A DNA stretch of 64,000 bases from Eledone cirrhosa (Eukaryota): the NCBI GenBank assembly GCA_964016885.1, contig OZ024746.1:11780001-11844000 (forward strand), given 5' to 3'. How positions within the stretch are numbered: the stretch's first letter is position 1; each line of letters begins with the position of its first letter. Below the pieces are notes generated by a model. That model saw only the letters and a program-made list of their open reading frames with translations. It was not told the DNA's origin and did not search any database. Shown here piece after piece: positions 25,501 to 37,010 of the stretch. A program made the position numbers and the translations under genes.

Positions 25501-27475
25501 ATATATATATGTATTTGTATGCATTCATATAAATATACTATACATACACATAATATACATATGTGTAAACATACTCATTAACTTGCATATTTTAGAATAA
25601 TATGTATATGTGTGTTGGGGAAGATTTTTTTTTTAAAAACCCACTAATCTTCCAATTTTAAATATTTGGTTGACACCTCTTGTGTCACCAAAAAGCTGCA
25701 TTAAATGAATTTAGACCTGAAAAGGGATTTGAAGACTGACCAATCAATCAATAAAGATGTGTGTATGACAGAATGATAGAGAAGGAAAGGATACAGAGAG
25801 ATAGGATAGGGAGGGAAAGAAAAGAGTATAAAAGAAAGAAGAAAGAGACAGAAAAACAGATTATAGTTCATCTCTAAAAATTCAATTTTTTTTTTTTTCA
25901 AATTTTCTATAAATGCTTTCCACTTCGAATCTAACATTACTATTTCTGCTCTAACTGTAATCTCCTTTCATTTCATAATATCATTCGCAACATACAAACT
26001 TTACAGCTTATCACAGTTTAATATAGCAAAAATAGAGGTGGCAAATGGTGTAAAGTTGCAGGAAGGCTTCTCATAAACTAAATCTTTGACCAGGTTTTCA
26101 CTGCCTGTTGTCAACATGTGACTTCAGTTTATTTATGTGGCTAATGCATTTGAGAATGATTTGAATATCATGTTATCATATTTCACCTGTGTATGGAAAT
26201 TAATGGAACATATAGGTTATATATATATATGAGAGAGAGGGTATGGATGGATTAAAGAGAGTCTATGGAAATGAGAATGATCTGGTGGATGAGTGGAGTA
26301 TCACTGAGAAGAAACTTGAAATAAAATCTATCAAATCCACAATCTCTTTCACTGGCAATGGTAAAACATAAAAATACCACACAGTAAATTAAAATATTAG
26401 ATATTACATTACAACACCACCACAATACTCACAGCACATATAAAAGACAATTGAGAAAGTAAAAGCAGCACATAATTGCTAACCAACAATTTAATGCCAC
26501 ATTAGTGAACAACATCTAATCTATCATGGATTATGCCAGTCCAGTCTTAGCACTTGATCTTTCCACAACAAACCATAATGGACTAAAATGTATACAAAAC
26601 AGTACTCATCACAGTTTTTGTATATACCACACTTCATTATGAAGACCAAGTCAGTTTGCACTTTATAGAAGTACTTCCAAGAGTGTGAAAAGTGAGATCC
26701 CAAACATCATCATCATTTAATGTCCATTTTCCATGTGTAGTTCTTTCTTCAGAAGATGAACACAAAATTCAATCTACTGCAATATAGATGTAGATCTGAA
26801 GAATGCTGTGCATCAGCTGGTAAGGAAGATACAGAGATATAAGTAGACTAGAAGAATCTGGAATCACATGTCTTCTGCTAATTCCATAAATGCATAGAAA
26901 ATGATCCAACTTAAATACATATTTGGCTTTATCACATGTTAGCTCACAAGAGCTGTAATCCAAGATAAAATGATAATTAAATATTACAGGGGAGACCCTT
27001 TCCTCCCATACATCCAATATATCAGATGCTTCGTATTAACTATACTATAATAATATCCATTTCTTCCATTGGCACAAAGCCACAAATTTGTATGACATGG
27101 TTGAATCAACTAATACTCATTGACTATGAAGGGATAAAAAGTGAAGTTAGCCCCAGTAGGATTAGAAGTTGGTAAGTACAAGGAAGAAACTAGAATATTT
27201 TTTCAGCATCTCACCATTTCTACCAGTTTACTACAGATTTTAGATTTAACATTGAATTATTTTAGATTTAACATTGAATTATTTCATTGGCACAAGGTCA
27301 GAAATCTGTAAAGAGGAAGTGTAGTTGATTGAATTAAATACATCAACTTGCACTTATTTTATTGATTCCAGAAGAATCACAGGTCTGGTCAATCCATGGA
27401 GGATATAGAGCATTGAGAGTTGAAACTAAATACTATATGAATGAAAACGCAAATACAGATATAAACACTTATAAC

Positions 27476-27800
27476 AAATACAATTAACTATTGCTAGGAA
27501 CTTCACAAATATAACACACCAAAATATATGATCAGAGAAAAAAAAAAGGGGGAAACAAAGACAAAAATGACCATCAATTCACCAAATAGTGCAACAATCT
27601 GCCGCACATCACAAGGGTCAACGGAATACTTTTGAAGCAAGCCAACATGCTCGCAACATTACCATGAGTGATAATGAGGCTAAGGCACTGAAACAACCAG
27701 GTACCACCTGACACCTCAGTAAGGTGAGCCGCCAGCGATGACAAGAACTTCGCTGCCAGTGGCCCGACTCCACCAAATATCTTGAACGCCATTGCAATTC
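27476..27800 (-). mobile_element. CRE-like LINE 3' end
   Basis: FKIFGGVGPLAAKFLSSLAAHL..WLFQCLSLIITHGNVASMLAC resembles the CRE C-terminus (E.FG..G..A..F..; QR.S....RGN...L). Confidence 0.72.
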
Positions 27801-28152
27801 AGTATCTAATTCTGTCTTTCCATAGAAACTACTTTTAGGTTTAAAACTACAAATCAACAGTCATAAAAGAGTATCTTTCTAAAGCAGTAAGAGAGTATTT
27901 CCCCAGAATATTGAGAGTATAGTGTCAATCACAGGAAAAAGTGAAAATAGAATAGCAGCAATGATAAAAAAAGAAAAAAGAAAGGAATAACTTTCATAGT
28001 ACACAATTTGTTGTAATTACACATGAGTACATTAGCTTACACACACTCACATGAGCATTTACACACATGCGTGCACATGAGCTCACACAAACACAAGAAC
28101 CTCGTTTGACATAAACACTTCATACACACAAGCAGTTAATGAATACAATAGA

Positions 28153-28405
28153 TTAACCCTTTTGATACCAAACCACCCCATAAACTGCCTTTGGTTTTAC
28201 AATACAAAACTGTTTTAAAGTGTTTATATTTATCTAAAAATCTTCCCTCTTAGTTTTATATAAGAACATTTGTTAAGTTATATTCCAAACATCAGCTTAA
28301 TTCAGTTCTATTACTAAATGTTTCAAAATTTTTTAGTATTTTCAAAAATGATTTGTAAATTATAGGCAGTGTCTTTCATTAGAAATATGCTAATGAAAAA
28401 GTTAA
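28153..28405 (+). mobile_element. TTAA-flanked MITE family 2
   Basis: ttaacccttttgatacc..taatgaaaaagttaa. Confidence 0.68.
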
Positions 28406-28434
28406 CATGGTGTAGAAGATAATACAAAATATTT

Positions 28435-28630
28435 GATTGTGTGTATATGTGTGAGTGTGTAAATATATTTGCATGTGTGTGTGTATGAGCATAAATATAT
28501 ATGTGTAAGCATATATGTACGATTATGAGATAATGAATGAGTGGTTGTGAGTATGTGAGTGTGTGTGTGAGTATGTGTTTGTGAGTGTTAGTGAGAGTGT
28601 GTTTGTGTGTGTGTGAGAGCGTGTGCATGT
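28435..28630. repeat. GT-rich degenerate microsatellite
   Basis: Direct inspection. Confidence 0.85.
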
Positions 28631-29261
28631 AGAGGGGTTTATTACTTTAAAAATTATTACATTGATCAACATAATTCAGTCAGTTTTACCAAAACAGATA
28701 TTTATAAAATAACCAATATTGATCTATTTTTGTTAAGTACTTTTGATATCAATCAAAGCATTCATTGATTTTATTATGGCTTGGAAGTCTATATACATTT
28801 GCCAAGGAATCTGGAAATACTGATTTGCAATACTAGATCTTTGACAGCACTGAAAAGTCTACCATACCTTTGCTTAAACCGATTCAAAATATTTCAGATT
28901 TCTGCTGAAATAATTCTTTCTTCAGTGATGGTTATTGTTTGAGTTTTTGTTGTCATGTCAGTCGTTGTAGTTGTTATTGGTGTTGTTGTTTAGCACTAGG
29001 TTTACCACGATTGAGTTGACATATGATTGAAGATGTTTCAGGCATGACCATCCCATATTTTTAAAATGTGTACTTCCTTTTTTAAAAGGTGGTAGCATGT
29101 GATTTAACAGCTATTCTGTTGTTATTTCTAGCAGGTCAAGTGACTGTGTAGAGCAATGGTTCCTAAATGTCATAGAATCTTCATATCATGTTCCAAAGAT
29201 TGCAGAACCCATACCTATATTTTATAGACAATCTCCACCATCCTAATTTTAATAAGTTATT

Positions 29262-29390
29262 AAAAAAAAAAAGCATGAGCTCAAATACTGCAGAGGTCAA
29301 CTTTACCTTTCGTCCTGTTAAAGTTGATGAAGCGCCAGTCAAGTACTGGAGAAGGGTGACGATTCTACCCCACCCCATCTCTTTCTCTCA
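29262..29390 (+). mobile_element. SINE family A (partial)
   Basis: gagctcaaatactgcagaggtcaactttacctttcgtcc..ccagtcaagtactgg. Confidence 0.7.
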
Positions 29391-29444
29391 TTACTTCAGA
29401 AAGGTGGTTAGTGTGATGTATGAGTAACTTTGAAAGGATATGCT

Positions 29445-29655
29445 TTTTAATTTAAGTACAAGGCCAGCAATATATGGGAAGAGGAATGCTGAGGAATCCC
29501 TAGTACTTGACTGGTACTTTATTTTATTATCGACCTCAAAAAGATGAAAGCGAAGTTGATCTTGATGAGATGTGAACTCAAAATGTAAAGAACTGCACCA
29601 AATACTGTAAAGCATTTCCTGTAATTCGCTAACGATTCTGCCAATCCACCACCCT
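29445..29655 (-). mobile_element. SINE family A
   Basis: acaaggccagcaat..gactggtactttattttattatcgacc..gattctgccaatccacc. Confidence 0.82.
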
Positions 29656-29749
29656 GATTATCTCATTAATGATGATGATGATGATAATGATAATAATAAT
29701 AATAATCAAAGGGAAGGCTAGCTCACTTTGTAGGATCTATGGAGAGATC

Positions 29750-30030
29750 AGCATTGATTTTCATTCCAGCCATGTAGAACTTGGCATCAAACCTATCAAG
29801 TGCAAGTCAGAGATCACCTTCTGACAAGTTAAGTAATACCATGTCGTCTGCAAATTCTAGTTGCCTGATCCTACACCTGCCAGTCATGATACTACATCTA
29901 ATCCGGCTGTGCATGTCAATCCTGTTCATGAAATCAATGAACATGAGAGGTGACAGTATGTCCCTTGGCGAGGTCTGACTCCCACATTGAATGGTTTTGA
30001 TTTAGCACCATTTATCTCTGAACATAAATA
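29750..30030 (-). mobile_element. RTE-type RT core fragment
   Basis: Minus strand SKPFNVGVRPRQG/ILSPLMFIDFMNRI..QLEFADDMVLL..AGMKIN. Confidence 0.82.
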
Positions 30031-30077
30031 CTCAGGCATACATATCAAGACAACATGAAGCTGACCATTGATCCTAA

Positions 30078-30110
30078 GGCAGCAGCAGCAGTACCACCAC
30101 CACCACCACC

Positions 30111-30144
<34 letters not shown>

Positions 30145-30145
30145 A
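30078..30145. repeat. (CAG)(CAC)(TAG) compound microsatellite
   Basis: Direct inspection. Confidence 0.9.
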
Positions 30146-30709
30146 ATATTTCTTGATGTACATAGTTGAAAAATGGCTTAAGACTTAATTCCTTATTTTA
30201 TGAAGATTCTAAACAAAGTGCAATAAATAACTCCAATTGGATTAGAAAGCAAAATGATGACACCAGTAATAAATAATAGAAACAGCAACAACAACAACAT
30301 CAACATCAACAACAACAATAACAATAAATATTAATAGTCCTTTCTTTATTGTTACAAAATCAACTGATGATAGGGCATTGCACAATAACAACAACAATAA
30401 TAATAAATAGATTAATAAAAAAAAAAATACTAATGACATTGTATAAGATTTAATAACATGTTAGAAAATATATTTATTGGATATACAGTTCATTTCATCG
30501 ATGCCAGAAGGAAAAGAAAGAAAGAATATGAATGACTTAGAAGCACAAAACAATGAAAGTATTTAAGACATTTAAAAGTACAAATTTGAAAATATATATT
30601 TTTATCTTTATTTTTGGGAGGTTTCTCTCTTTTTTTTTAAATCTAGATTTTGACTACATGTTATAAGTGGTGAAAGTTGCAAAATTATGCTAAAATTATA
30701 TGTAATTAT

Positions 30710-31245
30710 TGCCATCATTATCATCAGTAATACCCATATCACCACCACCACCATCAATAATTTTAGTATTATCACCACCCTCATCAATACTTTTAATATT
30801 ATCACCCCCCTCATCAATACTTTCAATATCATCACCACCACCTCATCAATACATTCAATATTATCATCACCCCCCCTCATCAATACTTTCAATATCATCA
30901 CCACCTTCATCAATATCGCTATTATAACCATCACCCACAGCACCCTTATCATCATCACCAGCACCATGATCCTCATTACCATAACCATCATTATCATCAC
31001 CACCACTACCACCTTCGCCTCCACCACTGTCACTGTCACTAACAGTCATCATGACCACCACCACCACCATCATCATCACAATCCTTGTGATCATCAATAC
31101 ATACAACACCACCACCACCACTTCTGCCACTGACTTCATCATCAATATCATCACTGCCATCATTATAACCATTATCATTACATTACCACTAATACCATCA
31201 TCATCATCACTCCATTATCAGCAGCAGTAGCAGCATCAGCAGTCT
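30710..31245. repeat. CAT/CAC low-complexity tract with ~30 bp minisatellite
   Basis: Repeated atcaccccc.ctcatcaatacttt.aatat units at ~30770-30915. Confidence 0.9.
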
Positions 31246-31420
31246 TGTCTTTGTTCAGTCTTGTCTTTTTTAGACCATAGAAAACACTAAATAAATATGA
31301 TTAATAACAGTAATAATTATTTGTGACATAGACACAAGACCTCAAAATATGTAGGAGGTAGATTTGATTGAATTAACACCCAATTCATAACTAGAGTTTA
31401 TTTCATAGAGTCAGTAAGGA

Positions 31421-31734
31421 AGCCCATGGCCTAGTGGTAATGGTGTTGGACTTATGATCTTAATGTCATGAGTTTGATTCCTGGGCTGGGTTGTGTGTTG
31501 TGTTCTTGAGCAAAACACTTCATTTCATGTTGTTCCAGTATACTCAAGCTGAAAATGAGTACCAGCAATAGCTGGAGGTTTGATCCTGCGACGGACTGGC
31601 GTCCTGTCCAGCGGGGGAGTCTTATACTCTCAGTCACTTTACGCCATGAAACCAACATGTCATCTCTATACACAATGATGCTTCTGGGATCGCCAGCTTA
31701 GGATGACCAGCTTAGGAGCAAGAAGAAGAAAGAA
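31421..31734 (+). mobile_element. tRNA-derived SINE (family C) with 9 bp TSD, nested in a decayed SINE A
   Basis: A-box tggcctagtgg, B-box-like gagtttgattcc, tcttgagcaaaacactt segment, cctgcgacggactggcgtcctgtccag, GAA tail; cagtaagga at 31412-31420 and 31735-31743. Confidence 0.88.
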
Positions 31735-31978
31735 CAGTAAGGATGAATTGATTCTGCTATGTTTCGAACACAGAACATAGAATGAGAACAAAATTAACAC
31801 TTTTGATACTAAATGACCTGAAACCTCTTTGGTATATGATCTTTTAGAAATGTTTTTTTTTTAGATTGGAATGAATTTTACGTCGTTTGGAATGACACAT
31901 ATGTAGTGATAAGCTAACGATGTTTATGACTTATTAAGTAAACCAAAGATAATACGTCGTTAGTTGGATAGATTGTTG

Positions 31979-32905
31979 TCATATTTTCAAAAATGATACG
32001 TGATGGGGCCCACCCACAGCCCCGGCAGACAGAATGGAGAAGGTGTTTCCCCGGAGGACAGCAAGGGAGATGCGCTGGTAAAGCCACTCCAACTCGGGGG
32101 ACTCACACCTGCAGCTGGCCAGATCAACGCCTATGGTGGTGAGTAAGGAGGTAGCCCTGGAGCCGAGGACACCAGAAGTCTCCACTGCCAGGGGTACGAC
32201 CGCAAACCTGTCAGAGAGCGACTGGTATTTGAGGATTTTGGCCTGGGTCAGTCGCAGACTGCACCAGGTTCCGGCTGCAGAAAGTGTTGGTGCAAGTGGC
32301 ATCCCAGATGAGGGGTTTGCCACCGCGGAACGGGAAGATAGTCATGCCATCTGGCCTTTTGCCGTTCCCTCGATCCAGCCCCACCGGCTCGAGCTGGGAA
32401 GGGAAGCCTGCAGCGTCCAAGCCATGCCTAATGACCTTGTTGAGGACAGCATGGCGTGGAATGCGGTCGGTACTGGGGTGACAGAAAAGTGGGTGGAGGC
32501 CGAAAGAGTCCACGGTGGAACCGCAGCGACATTGGTGTGACTGGCAGATCCAGATGCCGAGTCTCAGGGAAACGCCAATGCACAGGCTATGGTTGTCTAA
32601 CTGCGTGCCAGTAGAGAAGGAGGGCAGGGTATGGAGCCAGGCACCACTGTGGGGTTTGGAGGGCGCACGAAAACAAGCAAGGCGGTGCTGGTCGAGTTGG
32701 TGCGTCAGCCTGTCTGAGGCCAGGCTGCACTGGATGGCATCCCAAGTGTGTTGGGGGGGGGGGGGGGGGGGCTTGACGTCAACAGGGGGAGAAGGAGGAG
32801 GAACGTCTACTGAGCTAACTCCCAGCCGGTCCCATGTCTCACAGGTGGCCTCACGTTCTCTGAACACAGAGGGTTCTGTTGTGCTTTGAAGAACCCTGCT
32901 GATGA
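31979..32905 (-). mobile_element. CRE-like LINE C-terminal region: CCHC finger plus restriction-like endonuclease
   Basis: GAWL..P, LRLG, CRCG..D..GLH...C, RH..LN, EP, KRPDG, LIWDATC, KY, PLAVETSG, QRISLAVLRGN; frameshift near 32250; element continues at 34043-~34195. Confidence 0.85.
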
Positions 32906-34939
32906 TGTTGATAGTATTCCAAAAGAATGAAATTATTTCACTTCGCGAAATAATGTCAAAATTTCTCAGGTGCGAACAGAGCTGTGAAAAACAAAATACA
33001 CACAATAGAAATAATATCAAGGAGTTGAAAGAGAATTCTGAATTGAGAAAAAAAAAGAAACTATTTAAACCAGAATAATTCAACAAAACTGTAACTGTAG
33101 CGATAAATTGTAGAGTAGCTTCCAGTAGTCAGGAAGCTTAGTGCTATATTTAAAGTGTACCATTATTTTGTGAATGAAAGAACCATATTTGTCATTAGAC
33201 TCCCTTAGGATCTATTTATTAATGAGAGGTTTCTAAAATATGTATGTAAAATATCAAAATTCAAGATGGCCAACATCTATGAAAAATAACACTTTTCTCC
33301 AGTCATATGAGTCCTCAGAAGATCAAATTAGTTTAAAGAAATAAGAGGGATCAGATGTTGTTTACTCGAGAGAAGGCTACATTGGTATGGTCACGTGATG
33401 CGCATGAAAGACGACAGCTGTATAACAAAGTGCAGGGCAATAAAGATAAATGGTAGCCACGGAGTAGGCAGACCCAGAAAAACCTGGGACGAGCTGATAA
33501 ATTCCGACCTCACACACTTACACCTCTCCAAGACAATGTCACTGGACCGAGACCTTTGGCGGTACTCAGTAATAGAGAAGACCCGCCTTACCTAAATACA
33601 AAGTAAAACCTACTACACTCAGTAGGCATCTCTAACAAAATACACCCCCGTCCCACCACCCCCACCCTATCCACACCGCCCCTTTCAATGTAAAGTTATG
33701 TTGGTGCCACAACATCCAGGCCGAAACAAATGAGATCGTGTAGGTGTCACGACAAAAAATACACAGTCCACGCTGTAATGTGGCCGTGTAGGCAACACGG
33801 TAAAAACCTCCCAGCCCCACACTGTAAATGTGGTTGGTGTTAGGAAGGGCATCCAGCTGTAGAAAACCCGCCAGACCGTCCTATGCGAGCAAGACAACCA
33901 CTCTTGCCTCAAGTGGGAAAACTCCCGTCCAAACCCATGCAAGCGTGGAACATGGACGTTAAACGATGATGATGATGATGATGATGATAATATTAAATTG
34001 GTGAACACAATTCTATTTTACATTTTTTTCCCAGTTAATAGATGACGTCAACAGGGGGAGAAGGAGGAGGAACGTCTACTGGGCTAAGTCCCAGCCGGTC
34101 CCATGTCTCACAGGTGGCCTCACGTTCTCTGAACACAGAGGTTTCTGTTGTGTTTTGAAGAACCCTGCTGATGAGGACACGGCACGAGGTTACCGACAAA
34201 AGATACGCCGGCAAAGCTATCCAAATAACAGTTTACAAATGATAAATGTAGTAATTTTATCAAATTTGCCCAAATTTGTTGTTATTTTCAGAATTAATTC
34301 AAACACATAGGCAGTGTGTTTCATGAGGAATATGGTAATGAAAAGGTAAAATACTGTAAAGTATCTTGTTTGGTGTATTGCCATGTCTAGTAATAGAAAG
34401 GCAATGGTGGTGGTAGTAAGGGGTGGGATTGAGGAAGTTGATGATGATGATGTTGATAGTATTCCAAAAGAATGAAATTATTTCACTTCGCGAAATAATG
34501 TCAAAATTTCTCAGGTGCGAACAGAGCTGTGAAAAACAAAATACACACGATAGAAATAATATCAAGGAGTTGAAAGAGAATTCTGAATTGAGAAAAAAAA
34601 AGAAACTATTTAAACCAGAATAATTCAACAAAACTGTAACTGTAGCGATAAATTGTAGAGTAGCTTCCAGTAGTCAGGAAGCTTAGTGTTATATTTAAAG
34701 TGTACCATTATTTTGTGAATGAAAGAACCATATTTGTCATTAGACTCCCTTAGGATCTATTTATTAATGAGAGGTTTCTAAAATATGTATGTAAAATATC
34801 AAAATTCAAGATGGCCAACATCTATGAAAAATAACACTTTTCTCCAGTCATATGAGTCCTCAGAAGATCAAATTAGTTTAAAATATATTAAATTGGAGAA
34901 CACAATTCTATTTTACATTTTTTTCCCAGTTAATAGATG
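32774..34939 (+). repeat. Recent tandem segmental duplication (unit ~895 bp), copy 1 modified
   Basis: 32774-32905 = 34043-34174; 32900-33337 = 34445-34882; ~33989-34044 = ~34884-34939; only a few mismatches. Confidence 0.93.
33338..33988 (+). mobile_element. 5'-truncated RTE LINE (family 1) with (GAT)n tail
   Basis: RRLHWYGHVMRM..GVGRPRKTWDE..DRDLWR; 3' UTR; near-identical to 54225-54852. Confidence 0.92.
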
Positions 34940-35091
34940 TGTGATATTGAAGTATATATATATTTTAATTTCCAAACTAAACATACAGTTTTCTATCTTT
35001 TACTATCTATTTCTACTACACTTGTAACAATGCCATTCCAAATGGTTTGTATGTATCTTATATGGAAGAAGGTGATATATAAAATGTAGTA

Positions 35092-35660
35092 TTCCTACTT
35101 CTGCCTCTGTTCTATGAGAAATCTGCCATTCTTGCAATCATGTGACATGGATGTCCAGAAACAAGTTATTTTTTTTTTCTTCTAAATCTGGGACAAATCC
35201 CGTTTGCTACAACTGACCAGGCTGTGTTTATCTTCATAAAGTTTGTAAAATGGGAATGACCTGTTACTCGTGGTGGGAGAATCCATGATGTTATGCTAGG
35301 TGGTATGCATACAGAAATCATCCTCTGAAATACATTAGAGGGTTTTGGCAAGACAATGGAACAACTGATTCCTATCAAACCAGACATTCTTACTAAGTCA
35401 ACTTTTTGATCTTCAGAAAAGGGCTTTCATACTCAGCAAGGGCTCTTATAATTTTGAGTTAGCCATAGCTTAGATAAATGACATGCAAAAGAAGGGTTCT
35501 ATTTTGATGTATTGGGACTTAAGCATGAGATATGAGCACAGAGGAAATCTTAGAGGAACTTACACCACTATCTTTTGCCTTTTGAGTATGTGAATGTTTC
35601 ATGCCGGAAGTCTGTTCACATCAGGGATATGAGTTCAAGACCTGAAACTACCAAGAATTA
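35092..35660 (+). mobile_element. Decayed DNA-transposon coding fragment, probably Academ-type transposase
   Basis: Hand translation: LPLFYEKSA..MDVQKQ..LNLGQIPFATTDQAVF..VKWE*P..VMLGGMHTEI; LMYWDL..LTPLSFAFEYVN..VHIRDM. Confidence 0.6.
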
Positions 35661-36018
35661 GTTTTAAAAGTATTTTCATTGGGATTTTTCATGACTGCTA
35701 ACAAATTCTCTCTTTGATCAGAGGTTAAATTCATACTTAATTTAACTGTATTTGTGAGTAATTTTGGTTTAAATTTTGCAAATAATAAAGCTTCTATAAT
35801 TACTCTCCTTGTTTATGTAGGGTTCTATATAGATATGTAGTATTATTGACTGTTTTTTTTTTTCAGTTTAATTTTACCTCATGTGTTGTGATAGCTCTTT
35901 GTTGTAAATGCATGGTCAATCGATGAGAAAGTGTTGTACTTGTGTGTCTGTGTAACAATTTGAGCCATGTAGTTTATTATTTACATTGAAATTTCTATAT
36001 TACATTAGTTAATTAAAG

Positions 36019-36215
36019 TACCACATATACTCAAATATAAGCCGAGGAATGTGACCATTAAATCAATGGTAAAATGGAGGGGAGGGGGGCTTATGTTCAC
36101 CATCTAAACATAATGTCATAATGTGTTGGCTTGTAAACGGGGTTTGGATTTTTACCTATTTCTCAGACATAAAATGGGGGGAGGGGGCTCAGCTTATATT
36201 CGAGTATATACGGTA
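36019..36215. mobile_element. MITE with ~28 bp TIRs and TA ends (Tc2/pogo-like)
   Basis: taccacatatactcaaatataagccgag ... ctcagcttatattcgagtatatacggta. Confidence 0.85.
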
Positions 36216-36774
36216 TATTCTATGTTTTCATGTTAATTGAAGCTATTCATTCTGGTGTTTTTGTAATATAATCTCACTATGAATGTATGGTTAGGTGCAA
36301 TATATGTTGGTTCTGTTTTATGAACTATTTAATGACATGTACATCCATTCTATAATTTAAGGTATATTTCGTTTTTATAGTATACAATACATGTGACGAT
36401 ATGGCTTGTGTACTTTTACTGGCTACTACATCTGTTGTATCAGTATGTGTGAGTTTGTTCTTGTTTTGATTTATGGCATGTGGTACCCATTATTTTAGAC
36501 TTTGTTCTTTACTGGTTGAAAATTTCAAAGCTTGCCTAAAAAGGGATTTAATCACAAATATTTTATATCTATATGCATTCATAGGCCTTTATTTGTGTGC
36601 TATGTGTATACAGAAGTGTTGTATGCATTGTTCCTAATTCTTATATTTATAAGAAAGTGTTGTAGTTTGCTTGAAGCAATTTCAAAATATGGCAGCTTAA
36701 GAGCAACAAACGTTACTTGATAGAGAGCATAGCTCAGAGTGTCATTCCAAGTAGAGCCACTACATCCCCGAACT

Positions 36775-37010
36775 GAGAGATCACAGCTCTAATACTATAG
36801 GTATGTGGTTAGAATGTCTGAGGAAAGAATCACTGGACAGATTTTGGGGGCAAAACCAACCGACAGGAGACCCAGAACAAGATGGTTGGATAACATCCAT
36901 AAACTTGGCTGGTCTTGCTTGGGGATCTAGCCAGATTATTTGCTCCTGACAGGACATGTTGGGAGGAGTGTTTGAGGACTCTGTCCCCACGACCTTCTCA
37001 AGAAGAAGAT
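36775..37010 (+). mobile_element. RTE family 2 3' end with short GAA tail
   Basis: aagatggttggataacatccataaacttggctggtct..tgtttgaggact..caagaagaaga matches 585-730. Confidence 0.82.

Noticed and set aside
26330-26620. Possible very old LINE RT remnant (MDYASPV)
   Set aside because: Only one short motif is recognisable, too weak to annotate.
30608-31178. Long ORFs rich in Ile/Thr/His/Met (also 43169-43593, 44182-44370, 47772-48142, 5607-6027)
   Set aside because: They are by-products of microsatellites and low-complexity DNA lacking stop codons.
32211-33086. 291 aa ORF as a novel membrane-anchored nuclease
   Set aside because: The hydrophobic N-terminus comes from unrelated duplicated flank joined at the deletion junction (~32900), and the nuclease part is frameshifted.
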